This document shows, in pieces, positions 1 to 13,079 of a DNA stretch of 64,000 nucleotides. The position numbers were made by a program, and so were the translations under genes. The DNA is from Glaucostegus cemiculus (taxonomy: Eukaryota): contig CDPCPM010000007.1 of the NCBI GenBank assembly GCA_976551045.1, forward strand, positions 22,072,001-22,136,000, written 5' to 3'. Below the pieces are notes generated by a model. It worked only from the letters and a program-made list of their open reading frames with translations, was not told the origin of the DNA and searched no databases. How positions within the stretch are numbered: position 1 is the stretch's first letter; every line of letters starts with the position of its first letter.

Positions 1-37
1 AATTAAAACAAAAATGGACATGATTCCAAGTTGCCTA

Positions 38-670
38 TAGAATCATAGAACGAAAGATTCATAGAATGGTCAAAGCATATGAGAAGCCATTCAGCCCATT
101 GCATCCATACCCGGTCTCTACCAAAGTAACTCACCAGCTCCACAACTCTGACCCCTTCTCCATAGCTTTGCTTAGTTTTCTTTAGCATATATTAAACCAA
201 TTATCCCTTCAAGGCCACGATGGAACCTGCCCCACATCATCTGCAGATAGTGCATTCCAGATTCCAACTAGATTCCACCTCTACGTTGTGTAAAACCATT
301 TTTCCTCATGTCACAATCACTTCCCTTCCCCTTTACTTAGTACCTGTGACTTCTATTCCTTGACCCTTCCATCAGTGGCAACAGACTTCCTCTTTCCACT
401 CTGTCCAGATACCTCATTGTTTTATATCCTACAAACAAATCTCCCTTCAGCTTCCCTTTCTCCAAAGAAGACAGTCCTAGCCTCTCCCATCTGTCCTGGC
501 ACTACAGTCCCTCATCTCAGGAGCCTCCAGAAGGCCTTCACATCCTCCCTATAATGATGTGACCAGAACCCAACACATTACTATAGTTGGGGCCCGGGCA
601 GAAGAATGTAAGAAAGGTTCTGCATGACTTCCTGCTTTTACACTTTATGCCTGTATTGATATATCCCAGT
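38..670 (-). mobile_element. Degraded CR1/HER1 LINE 3' end
   Basis: (atagaatc)-type tail repeats at 38-67, then gccattcagccc and ...gaccagaac... typical of an antisense CR1 3'UTR and ORF2 end. Confidence 0.7.
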
Positions 671-699
671 GGTGATAAATAGTTGTTTTCATTTTCAGA

Positions 700-2570
700 T
701 TGAAGTGGTGTTCTCCTAGTGTTTGGCATTAGGACCACTATGTTTATTGATACACATTAATAACCTGGGCTTGACTATACATAATTTGAAAGACTGCGGA
801 TGAACTGAAACTCAGAAATTTAGTAAACAAAGAGGAGGATAGCACTAGTCTTCAGCAAACCATTAATAGACAGGTGAAATGGGCAAACTCCTTACACAGC
901 AAATGTAACTCAGAGAAGTATGATATGACAGGGGAAATGAGGAGAAATAATGGCCTAGAGATTATTTGATACCTGGATAGGCAATTTGGGTAATGGTGCG
1001 GGGTGGGTTAATGAATATTTTTCTGAAAAATGCCTGTTGCAAAATTCTATAGCACATTGTATCAGGTTGCAAAGTTAGGAGGTAGTGAGAGAGCAGTCAA
1101 GTGAAAGGGGGAATGTGAGGTCAGTTTGCCATTGGGACAAAGCATCAGGGTTTCAGGAAATGGGTTGGGTTATGGGGGATAGTCATGATTGGCTGCTGAA
1201 AGTTGAGGGATGGGGTTGGCAAGTTTTGGGCCTGTGATCAAGGAATAGCCAAGCAATTTACCTGTGATTGGCTATTGGATGCAATGTCAGGCTCACAGCC
1301 AGATTGGATGAGATTGGCTTGGGGATGTTGAGGACTAAGTTGGGGAACAGCTGCTGAGGTCAGACTCAAGGTTATGACAGCGGAGAAAGGGCTTGGAATT
1401 AAAAGAGGGGGGCAAGTGTTGGGCTAGAGCTTGAGATGATATGAGGTAAGTGTAGGGATAATATTTGGATATGGGAGGCAGCATAGTAAAGGGGGGAGAA
1501 GAGAAGGGTGAGCTATTGATCAGGAATGGATCACTTGCGGGGCCTGGAGCAGAACAACCTCAAGAGGGATAGAGGCCAAAATTTGTTGCCGGGCTAGTCA
1601 AGTTCCCCTTAACTTTCACCAAAGCAGACCTGACACATGCTGCGGCCTATTTCTCCACCAGTGGACTATACCTTCACCAGCCACACATGCAAATTGCAGA
1701 TACTGTATTCAAGTATGTATTGTACACCCTGGGCATTGTACACGTCTGCACGTCTCTGTTCATTAGTGAAATGGACACATAGAGAACCCAGAAGCAAAAG
1801 CATGGTTTGCACACTGAGTAGTAAATCCCTCTTCTCCTTAATATCTGCTTCTCATGGAATCTGTGTTGCAGTAGACACATGAAAATTACACCACACCAAA
1901 GCAAAACACCTCCAGGATAATATGAACCCAATATGAAGATATTAAAGAGGGAGAGCTAGATCGTGCACAAAAATGCAAATTGAGAAGACTATTAAATATC
2001 ATATAGGATCATTAGCTTCATTAATTAAGGAGCACAAATACTACAAATATATGCTGATTTTTTGATTAGTCTAAGTGTGATTTCTTGGCATCACAATTTA
2101 AAAAGATTGTCAAGGTCTTGGAGCAGTGCAGAAGAGTTTTCCTAAAATGGTACTAGGGAAGAGGAACTTAAGTCTTGTAAAGACACGAAAGAATCCAATA
2201 CTATTTTTCCAATGGCAGAGAATGCTAAGCGGAAATTTAATGAACCTGTTAAAAATCATGAAGTAATTTAATAGAATATATGAGAAAAAACTGGTACTGG
2301 ATAAATCGTATAATAACCAGTGGACAGATTGAAGATCAAGCCAACAGTAACATGAAGAGTGTTTTTATAAGGAGTGTTATTATCTGGGATGTACTAACTG
2401 AAGTAGATTCAATAATAACATAAGGAAATTGGATAAGATCCTGAAAAGAAAAACAAAATGTATAATGTTCTGGCAAAAATGTGGAGGATTGGGATTAATT
2501 GGATAGCTCTCCCAAGGAGTTGACAGAAAGGTGAATGGTTTCCTTCTCTGCTTTATTGATCCTTGATTAC
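700..2570 (+). mobile_element. Old CR1 LINE RT/3' region split in two (700-950 and ~1940-2570) by an intervening G-rich insertion
   Basis: gtggtgttctcctag...ggaccacta...attaataacctgg resembles the GVPQGSVLGP region; resumes at gagaagactattaaa...gtgcagaagagttt (VQRRF) and ends with a ...gaatggtttccttctctgct tail. Confidence 0.6.
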
Positions 2571-4399
2571 ATCACTTCTGAGCCCCCTAAAAAAGAATAC
2601 GATCTAATGGCCCTTTGGGAATTAGTACTATTAGGCAGCATCCATTGTTCTCATGAGGCAATTTGTGCTATTCTACATCAAAGAAAATCCATTGGAGGTC
2701 ACAAACTTGTTACTAAAATATCACACCTAAATGGAAAATAAATGCACTTGGATATTGCTGGCTAAAGTTAATATTTTCTTTAATTGCAATAAATACACAT
2801 ATTCCTATGTTGTATCTTATGTGTTTTTTTACAAATTATATTTTGCAGCTCATCCATGTTCCCAAACTGCACCCATAGTAACAAAATAATTGTCAAGGCA
2901 ATGTGGAATTTTCTGACTGATAATGTTTATTTCAGTTTATTTTGAATGTTTAGCTATTCAGTTTGAACTAGCCTTAGGTGGCAAAGTTTAGAGACTGCAC
3001 ATGACTTTATGGGTAGCAATTGCCCATACAATGTTCACATTTCTTTGACATTTGCCGGAACATTATTTCATGAAAAGCAATAAGCCGTTAAAATAAAATG
3101 AAAAGGTTAGCACTTTTGTTACAATTGTAAATGAAAGAATTTCATGGGCTTACATTATGGGGCTAATAATGCGGTCAGAGTGCCGTTATTTCAATGCTGT
3201 GCCCACATTTCAGTGCAAATAGTGAGGTCAGTTCAGCTTTCTTTTCTGCTGTCTCATTACAGTTGGATTTAGCTGTAGGTTAAACAAGTTTTTCAGTGAT
3301 AAAAGAGATTGGCTGCTTTTAAAGCTGCTGTGTTAGAGGTATTATGAACAGTGCTGAGTTTTTCAATCAATGAGAGTACTTTACATTTCAGGAGTGACAG
3401 ATGCTCTATATGGGGGAGGGAAACACCCAAAGTCAAAAAGCAGTGGAAGAGTAGCATCAGTGTAAGTGACAGCACGTGAACGGCAATAAGTGGGGAAAGA
3501 AATTGAATGGTTAGGTGAGGATGCCAGGCTGGCATGGAAACATGCAGTGAAATGTTAGCAGACTGCACTTGCCAGGAATTTCTGGCAGTTCTGCACCAAA
3601 CTGCCAGCACTTATCCCTCCCACACACCACCTCCAACTTCCTAAGTCTCAGAAGGTTCAGGACTCCTGTGGGAATGTGGTGGGACTGGAACATTGGCTGA
3701 GCTCTACTGCCAATGTTCCAGACGTAATCCAAAATTGAGCCCAATTCGAAGTGCAGTAGCAGAATGCAAACTTTCTGAAGCTCCTAAGCAGTTATTCCAA
3801 CTCCCCTTGCCAAACCAGAACACTTCATTTTATTCAACTTTACCTCCCCAACCCTTTGGCCCGCCCAGCTTCCAATAGGATAGGTCTGTCAGGAATGCTG
3901 TCAGATCTCAGTGAAATTACAGATTAGGTTTTTAGGCATTCATCAGTCCAGAAAAACACATTTAAAGAAGAACCTAACTTTGGCCAATCAACTGCTCAAA
4001 AGACTTATGGCCCAAAACTTCATTCCCACCTAAATAGGTGTGCTAATCCTTTGCAGTGTATTTAATCCACACCTACTCATGCAGTAGAGCTGATGTTCAG
4101 TATTCATTGGCAGCATTAGTGAAAGACATGTATGGTTCTGAAGATGCAAAATTCTTGTTTCCTTGTTACAGGAGAAATGACACTGCCCAAGTTATAAAAT
4201 CTACATGAGAGCATGGAGCCAGTGCAGAAGCAATTAGTGCACATTGTTGGCACATTCAGAGAACACTTCCCTTCCTTGGAATCCGCCAATATTCTCCTTC
4301 TCTGTGATCTGCTTCCTAACTGTCTCTTCCTGTCCCTCCTCCTTGTCACCTCTGCAAACACTTCTGCCTTACCCACCTACCTCCTCTCCCTGCTTCTTT

Positions 4400-4690
4400 T
4401 CCTTGACACTTACTCTCCCTGCTCCTCTACATACATCTCTGTCAAACCCGTCTCCTCTCTCTGCTTCTCCTCCTCCTCCTCCTTTGCCTGTTTCTTCTCT
4501 TCCACCCCCTCCTCCTGCTCCTGTTCCTCTTCCTGCTGGAGAGCTTCAGGCAAAGGCTGGCCCCTCCTGACACTGAGATTATGAAGCATGACAGCAAAGA
4601 ATCCAGCCAGTTGGTGTATTGCACAGTGACCCTGGAGTGGTGGAGATACTGGCATGCTCCAGCAGTTTCCTGTAGTTCAATGGCTGTTAT
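4400..4690 (-). mobile_element. PIF/Harbinger transposase C-terminal fossil
   Basis: Minus-strand frames give YLHHSRVTVQY and VMLHNLSVRRGQPLPEALQQEEEQEQEE, resembling Harbinger/HARBI1-type 'FRCLD.SGG.LQY...CCMLHN.A..RG..L' plus acidic tail; frameshifted. Confidence 0.7.
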
Positions 4691-7600
4691 TATGAAGAGA
4701 CTAGTTGGAGCACTGCAAGAATAAAAAAGCCAAGGAAGGGGGGTTTAACTCTTGTTTTTTTCCTGTCAGCTCTTCCAAGTGGCTAAAATTTGTCAGTTTT
4801 TCTTGCACTATCTCAGAATAAAAAAGTCTTGCAAGATCACTGCTTTTCAAGTTTCTTTTCATGTTCAGCTGAGTTTGGAAGCTCAGGGAGTGGAAGCCCT
4901 TGAAATCATGTAGGCATCAGGATCTTCTGAGCAGCTTAAAGAATGGGGTCAATTCTGCCATCAATATTTGTGAAGTCCACAATCCTCTCATATCTATGTG
5001 CCAGTTCAATCTGACTGCCACCACTTATCTAGAAAACCTTTAGCCTTCAGATACTCTTCTTCTCAGAGAGATGGAAGTAAAGATACAGCTTGTCTCCAGT
5101 TGTGGCATGGAGCTAACAGCTATGAACCCTCCTTTCCCATGTCCTTCATGTCCGCTTTGTTTCCAATGCTGATCCTGTAGCTCCAGCTAGTAAACATATC
5201 TTACTATGACAATGCATCTTACTCAAAATCTCAGACATATTTTGCAGTCACCTTCCTAACTACAGTACAGCACACTACAGAAATAACTGTAAAATGGATG
5301 TTGTCCTTTAAATAGCACAGCTGTGCATAGTGTTTTAAAACATTGTTCCTGTGAATGCTCATTATGTTTCCAAAGCTGTAGATTGTGACCTAGTTTCAGC
5401 TCCAAATGAGCATTGTATAATGAATGATATTATTTTGTATATGTCTTACATACCTGATGTCTTGCATGTACTGGCCCACAGCACGTGGAGATGTTGCATT
5501 CTGTGGAACACGCAGAATGAGAACTTACTTCCCTCTGATTAGCACCTCAAAGTGCTGACATTTATTTGCATTCAGGTCAAAAATACAATACTATGCAAAT
5601 GAATTTCTAGGCCGACAGGCAAATGGTCAGGTATGGTAAGAGATGATCTTTACTTTAACTGCCTCTTTTATATAGGCCTCTATTTTATTTATTATACCCT
5701 TGTGCTTTGTGACATTTTCGGTGTCAAGTACTAGTTGTTATTAGTTTCCAGTTCAGTGCTCTAATGTCATTTGGCAGGGAAAGCCTACTTATTGCATTAG
5801 GATACAGATATAATTTGATGCTTTTGGAAAAGAGTTTTAGGGGTTTTAGCTCAATATTTAAGAGGTACTGGATTCAACTTTGCAATTTTTATGAGGGAGG
5901 GGATTTAACTAGATTTTAATATTTAATAGTGTTCTTATTTGCAATAGACAATATTTATTATGATTGACATAGCATTTAATATTTAACAAACTGATATAAA
6001 AGCTCAGCAAAATGTACTGTCTTAGAGAGAAAACAATAAAAAGATGCACATATTAATGTAAAGCAGATTTTGTAATTTATGCTTTCTGTCACTTAAGTAT
6101 ATCATTTGTTGATGTGGCAATGATAATAAAGGCATTTAATCAAACACCCTTACATTTAAGACTTCTGCACTATCAGTGAAAGTTTAAGCAAGACATAACT
6201 ATTTTATGATGGGTGATCTGGTCAGAAATGCTTATTCTGTCTTCAGACTTTTAATATGCTAGAGAAATCTGCTTGGATAATCTTATGGATATTCATTCAA
6301 ATTGAAAAACATTACTGTTAATGGTCTTTCCTCCAATTACCCTCAATAGATTAAAACACCCTCAATAGATATGCTTTTAGTTTTGAGTTACACAGCATCT
6401 GAAGATGTATGGCATTTATTATTTCAAGTAAGAGTATGCCAGTCATATTTGAAAGTAGTTTCTAGGTTAAATGTGTATGTTGATATTGATGGGGGAAAAA
6501 GCTAAAGAATTCTTCTTACAAATGACAAAAACATTGATAAAGAAGACAGTATTTCACAAAACCAAAATATTTTGTTGGTGTGTTAAAAGCATGCATTTTA
6601 CAGAGGGTATGTCAATTTTGTGTAAGACTCCAGAAAAAGCTATTCTATTCTACACAATGTCCAACAACCATTTAATTTATGACTACTAATGCCAACCCTG
6701 ATTATTAATCCCACCCCTTGTTCATTGATTCTAAACCCCACTAGTCTCTGAAAGCTGACTGCTGATTCTTCCCCCGATCCTGACCCCCTTCTAAGCTTCT
6801 CTTCCCTAAGAAGTATCCCAGAGTGTCCCAACTGCAGGCTGTATAAGGCAAATGTACAAAGGGAAAGCCTTGAGTATGCAAGGTCCTGTGCTCATGAATT
6901 TTGCAGTAGCAGGCTCTAAAACAAAACATTCATAGGTCAAACTTAAACCAATTCCTTAACACACTTCTACAACTGCAGACCAATTTCTAAACATCGGTCT
7001 TTGTCTCAGCTTGTAGACCACTGAAAACACTTCATTCTATTGGTTATTGATTTTTTATCATTCCTTAAAAGGTGTGGTTCTCTGAATTATAGCAGAGAAA
7101 CATTGTCCCCTCATTCCAGTTAAATTGTGAATGTAAAACCAATTGCATCTAATTAAGAGAATGGATTTCAGAATGTTTAATGATGGAATTTTTTTTTGAT
7201 TTCTGGTTAATTTGCACCGTAAAGCTTTGTACTGTTTGTTTTATCTGTATGAGATTCCACCTTGTCATCACAGATAAGCTGATTTACCCCAAGTTGTCTC
7301 CCTTGATCAAGGCCCCAGTTTGTCCTGTCTACTTCACTGTGTGTGAAATGATGGTCTGCACCACATTATAGAATTGATCCAACCACGTGATATAATCATA
7401 AAATCAATCAATCAAAATTTTTAGAAAATGGGACATTAAATTAGTTTGGTGCCAATAAGAAGCATGTAGCCTTTGGAATTCTATCAGTCCTTTAGAAATG
7501 TTATTCAATGATTTTCCATCTGTTGCTGGCTTTGCAACAAATTGATTGACACTGTAAATGGTGCTGTGGTAATCCAGCACAGACAGGCACAAGCAGTTCC

Positions 7601-7970
7601 CATTCATACCACCAAGCATTTCTGGCAGCTCTATCTGCTCCTGATCATCCTGCGCCAACACTCACTGCAATCCACATCCCTACAAATATTCCAATTGTAC
7701 CAGTTAATTGAACTTCATGATTAGTGGTAAATAAAAGCCTTCTTGAGATCAATTACCTGTTCTGTAAGCCGATATGTATTCATATACTATAGCACATGAC
7801 CAATTCAAAGGCCTTAGAGCAAGTTATGGACAAGTATTCTTGAGGAATTAAATGTGGTATCTCCTTCTGTATTTGCTAGGCTTAAGTTTCTTATAATATG
7901 CAGGAAAATTTACCAGTGGGATCATGTACCCTATATACCCTGAATTGAAATGTTTTGATTTGTCTCTCAG

Positions 7971-8144
7971 GCAACAAGCTAGCAATTAACTTTGAACAAC
8001 AGTTATTCCAAACAGCTTTGAATATTTTGACATATCATCTCTGGCCAAGATCAAGAACAACTGGTATTATCTTAAAACAAGCATATCTGAATCGAGTGGC
8101 AGAGGGAGTGAAACTATTGCAGGTCCTAGCTACTTCATCTTCAG
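7971..8144 (+). CDS. Internal coding exon A of a putative multi-TIR-domain gene (end of a TIR-like domain plus linker)
   Basis: Acceptor tgttttgatttgtctctcag|G; 174 nt open frame, phase 1 to phase 1, (G)NKLAINFEQQLFQTALNILTYHLWPRSRTTGIILKQAYLNRVAEGVKLLQVLATSSS; ends at consensus GC donor CAG|GCAAGT; phase matches the exon at 45531. 'GNKLAINF...F...L' resembles the betaE/alphaE end of TIR_2 domains (recognised by eye). Confidence 0.7.
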
Positions 8145-8634
8145 GCAAGTCAACATAGTCCATCATTCACAGTATTATTTTAGAAGTGACTTTGGTTATC
8201 TGTTCAGTATAGCCTAAAAAAACCTAAGTATGATTTAAAAAATGCATACGTGTGGAATTGAGACATGTGTTTTGCATTTCAGATTTTACTACTGCAGAAA
8301 ATTTAACTCATAGCATCTGCCATTTGATTGGTTTCTTAATGTTCTTATTCATTAGAGTCCAATATGCTTTGGCTTTATGTAAGCACATCATAATGATACA
8401 GAGAAGACACAGAGGTGTAATATCCATATTTGAAGATCTATTGTGAAAAATGCTGATACAGACTTTGAGGCCAAGAAGACACTTCATCATAGAATAGAAA
8501 TGAATCTGAATGAGTTTAAGAAAAAAAACACACACAGCTGATTCATCTTACCTCATTGAACCAAATCTATTAAATAATGAAGCTAAATAGTGAAGCCAAT
8601 GTCTGTTAACCAGGACTAATTTGCTTATTTAGAG

Positions 8635-9090
8635 ACTCATAGAGTTATACAGTATGGAAACAGGCCCTTTGGCCCATAATGTCCATGCTGACCAGGATGC
8701 TCATCTATTGCTAATCTCATTTGTCTGTATTTGCCCGTACTTGCCTCAACCTTTCCTGTCTATGAACCACTCCAAATGTCTGTTAAACATTGTAATTGTA
8801 CCCGTCTCAACCACCTCCTCTGGCAGCTCATTCCAAACACCCATCACCCCCTGTGAGAAAAATTTTCTCCTCAAATCCCATTTAACTCATTCCCCTCCTA
8901 CCTTTACTGTTTAAACTCCACAATTCTGGGGAAAAGAATGTGACTATCAACACTAAATATGCTCCTCATAATTTGATAAACCACTACATGGACACCCCTT
9001 GGTCTCCTTTGCTCAGGGAAAACAGACGCAGACCATCCAATCTCTCCTTATAACTCAAGCCCGCTAGTGAATCTTTGCTGCACTCTCATC
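8635..9090 (-). mobile_element. CR1/HER1 LINE 3' fragment
   Basis: catagagttatacagtatggaaacaggccctttggccc tail and ccacctcctctggcagctcattcca, the canonical antisense CR1 3' end. Confidence 0.85.
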
Positions 9091-10395
9091 CTTCCGATAT
9101 TTCTCTATAACCTTTTTTTTCTATTCCTTTCTTCCATCCTCCCCCCTCCCTCTGCATCCTGCATAAGAGGAAGCTGATGCAAGATCTAAAATAGAGAAGT
9201 GCAGGTTATGATGCAAGGAGAAACTTGGAAACAACTGATGAAAAATGGCAGGCTGTATTTTCCTGGAAATATCTTAGGCAATGCAGTTTAATTTGACATT
9301 GCAGCCCATTTGCTTCTTTTCATGGCAGTGGCTTCAAATCTTAACTAAACAATGTTAACTTTCAGTGATTCCAAGCCCAAGTGTATCAAATATGCCTCAG
9401 TGAGATTCAAATAATATGTAGTTGGTTGTACAGTACGATCAAAACATTACTCTGAGATGATGACCTCAGTTTTCATATGAGAAATGAGTGGTGGTTCTTC
9501 TGCTACAACCAAATCTTTTCCTATATGACCTCCACCTAGTACAGCACCATTAAATTAATATTACTCCCCCATTTCATATACATTTCCTTTGTAATGTCTT
9601 GCACCTACTTGTATTTAATAATGTATTTTATATTTTTGCCCAGATGTAAATATTGTACGCTCATGAAGTATATTATTTGCAACAATATAAAATAAGTAGG
9701 TGCAAATGGTGTTCCAGACTTTCAGAGATCAATACTGAACACCAACTGCTTTATAAAAATAATTGTGTCAACCATTCTATAATGCGACTACTTTTGCTCA
9801 TCTTGATGCTATTGAAAAGAAGTGGAAAATGAACCCACGTTGATGGCCTATGGTGTCCCACCAGCAGGAAGAAGTGTTGATGTTCAATGAGATGTATGAA
9901 TATATTCAAAAGAACAAAGTATGCAATGCAGAAGTAAAATTACCACCCTGAAGCTGAATCATATTTATTAAAACACTTCGCTATTAATGACATTGACAGT
10001 CAGCTTTCATTGCCTTCTGGAGATTGTGTGATATGTCCAGTCACTTAATTTTTTTTTTATTTCCCTGTTGTTCATTGATAATACAGTCTTTTTTGATTTT
10101 ATTTCCAGTGCCAAGTGATATTTAGCTCTAGGCTTGTATTAGATTGTTTGAAATGACTTTGCAAATTAATGGTGAGCAAGACTACCACTATTATACAAGT
10201 TTAATTTGTAGATCATTTAGGTCATATGTATCCTTTCAACCTTATGAATTTATTATGGATAGAATTCTTACTTGACAAAAATATTTCCACAAGCATGGTG
10301 ACTAAAAGATTACAACTTTTTGAAGTGCCCAAATACTGAAAAGTAATGTTGACCATTCCTTCCAGTGGCAATCCTTGAATTCATTATACTCGTAA

Positions 10396-10478
10396 TAAGA
10401 TAAGATATCTTTATTAGTCACATGTACATAGAAGCACACAGTGAAATGCATCTTTTGCATAGAGTGTTCTGGGGGCAG
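10396..10478 (-). mobile_element. 5'-truncated SINE tail (same family as 56970-57250)
   Basis: taagatatctttattagtcacatgtacatagaagcacacagtgaaatgcatcttttg...gggggcag closely matches 56971-57046. Confidence 0.8.
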
Positions 10479-10832
10479 TATTATCATGTAACCGAATAAT
10501 TTTGTTTTGAAGATCTTGGTAGAATTTTTTAAGGGCTCACTGCTATTCTCAACATGATTTTTATCAGTAAATAATGTTCGTCTTCTTAGTTACTTATAGC
10601 AGAAGATGGAAAAGATTAGTTACGTGATGCAGAGATACCTGTTTACCATTTTGTCATCAACTGTATCTGCAAGCACTGTCACAATTTGTTGGAGTTTGTC
10701 AATAGATCTGGGCACAAATCTGGAGATTTTTTTCAAATAAGTTTTCAACTAATTTAAACAAATGGGAGTTATTGGAAAATAACCAAGTAGTGGGGCTGAC
10801 TGATCAGCAGAAAAGTATCTGAGAAATTGGAC

Positions 10833-10935
10833 ATAAAAAGAAAAGATGCTGGAAATAGTCAACAGGTCAGTCAGCATCTGTGGAGAGAAAAACACAGTCA
10901 ACATTTCAGGTCAATGATCTTTTGCTAGAACTGAT
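10833..10935 (-). mobile_element. Penelope-like element terminal fragment
   Basis: gaaaagatgctggaaata..caacaggtcag.cagcatctgtggagag is the reverse complement of the terminus of the Penelope element at 60750-60850. Confidence 0.7.
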
Positions 10936-11614
10936 GCAAGCTTATACCATCTACAACTTGTAATTCAGGAAGGAGTACATCTATGCAGCACACAGATACC
11001 CTGCTCCTACATCACCCACCACTCTCTTATTGTCCTGCCAATCTTCTGCAGCTACGCATTGAGAATCTGAATGTATAAATACATTTACATGTTTGTCTCT
11101 TGAGAAAATTCATTATAACTGATTCACTTTTTTCCAATGTTTCATTCCAGACCATTCATTAGCTAATATACACACACTGATCCAGTTATTTGCTAAATTA
11201 AAATGTAGTTCCCTAGGCCTCAGGCCAAAAGCTTCCTGCTTATTTTGAAGTTACTGTATAGTCAGACTTGCTATGTAATAACCAGTATTTGTTAGCTTCC
11301 GAATTTAATTCCCTTCTTTGCTCTCTACTTACTTGCTTCTTCACTATTAGGTCTCCTCCTAGCATACTGTGTACTCAATATTCCTTGGGCAACAATATAT
11401 CAGACTCCTTCCAGTACCTACCTCACAGATTAGAATGGTATGTGTCTTGATACAGTATTATGCCTCTGGCTGCCTCTTTTCTTTCCTTTGCTAAGCCTGT
11501 GGGATGGTGTAGAATGTAATAGACTAATTACTTGGTGTAGATATAGGCCATCATGGGATCATTGGGACAGAAGGCTTTGGTGATTGTTCTATGATTTTGA
11601 GGTATTAAATATAA

Positions 11615-11790
11615 GATCTTAGAGGAGGAGCTATAAAGCAGGTGAGAGAGAAGTCCTATGCCTGCAGTGATCCAGGAAACCTTTCGGAAACACAGGCAGA
11701 GATCTATGGGACATATCACCCTGGAAGTTTAGGCTGACTCAAATGCTGAGTGCAGCCCTGCATTTGATTCAGTGATTTCACTCAGGGTCA
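11615..11790 (+). mobile_element. Harbinger Myb/SANT-like ORF fossil
   Basis: Frameshifted LEE..REVLCLQ*SRKPFGNTGRDLW.HITLEV resembles the Myb/SANT-like 'EEV..RREVL.P...R.P....R.W..IA.EV' pattern. Confidence 0.4.
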
Positions 11791-13079
11791 GGGAATGGAA
11801 TACATTGGCTCAGTTCACAAAATCTCAATCACTCAACAACCATGAATCTCTATCAATCACTTCCCTTTACTCCAAGCCTCACACTCACACTTCACAGTCT
11901 GCACACACTTCACATGTTCACCATGATAGTCACACTTCCTGAACATATTAGACAACTTTCACTGACACAACCTTCCTGCAGGACAAAATACTCCATGACA
12001 GGATGCAGCAGCAACTGATCAGAACTCCATTTGTGTTGACCTTTACTGGAAGTCCTTGGTTGATGAAGTGGAACTGAAAATGTTGAAGGTGTTGGTATCC
12101 TCAAACCTAATCATCCTTCCATTAGTGGATAATTTTTTGAAAGATGAGGGAACTAAGCATCATGAGGAACTGGCACAGAAGAGGTGATAAGTCATCAGGC
12201 AGTTCAGCCAGAACCATATTAAATGGTGGGACAGATAGCTTACTCCTTCTGTTTGCTTATGTTTTCTTCAGACTTAACATTTTCAGGTAATATGTAGCTC
12301 TCTCATTCTACTCACCTTCCAATTCACATTGTGTCTTCTCTCTTCTGGATACCCAACTACTACAATCTGGCCAGTGGGCAGAGGAAGAAGACAGTAATGA
12401 TAAAGACGTACATTTGCTCGATTTCATACTTGTTCAGTCTTCACCTAGAACAGATATGGGAAGTGCATGTGGTGAGTCACTGGATCCAACTAGTTTGCTG
12501 CCAGGTTAGGGAGTAAAGATAATTTTTGATCAATGCTAATCCAAGGAATGTGTAGCCAATCTTCTTCCATTGTGTAAATGTTAGAAAACACCATTAGCAT
12601 ACTTTCAGACCCAACAATAATGCTGTGTCTGATGACACGTATTGCAGTACTAGTTGCAGTCATATCACATATCAGGTCCATATGCTATGAATGATCAGCT
12701 TATTGACATGGTGCTTTTGGATTATAGTGTATGAGGGGGCTTGCAGGGTTTTGCATCACTTCTGCAATTCGTCCTCCAAGAGATTACAAAGAGGACTAAG
12801 AAGTACAAATGGGTCTTTGGAGCACTTAACTTGCTGCCGTCTCTCAGGAACATAGCATTCATCTCCCTCCTCTCATGTCCCCTCCTCCTTATCTCCCTTT
12901 TACCAATATTCTTGTGCAGTCAGCCCAGATTGAGGGAAACAATGCAATCTCAAGTTGCTTAAAGTCATTTTTCAAAATCCTCAGAAGTCTCTTTTACTGG
13001 CATTCATACCATTTTTAATCAATGTAGATAGCACAAAATGCTTGCAGTTATTAAAGAGTCCCTGTCCCCAAAAACAAGA

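Noticed and set aside
2850-2900. Exon after the good acceptor ttttgcag
   Set aside because: No convincing donor and no TIR-like motif in the open frame.
7404-7661. Minus-strand ORF as a host exon
   Set aside because: Weak resemblance to an old RTE linker (ARNAWW, DG..L); too degraded to call and no splice support.
12438-12471. Possible + strand micro-exon (ttgttcag|...GTG|GTGAGT)
   Set aside because: 34 nt, not symmetric, and has an in-frame TAG in the phase required by exon A; no recognisable motif.
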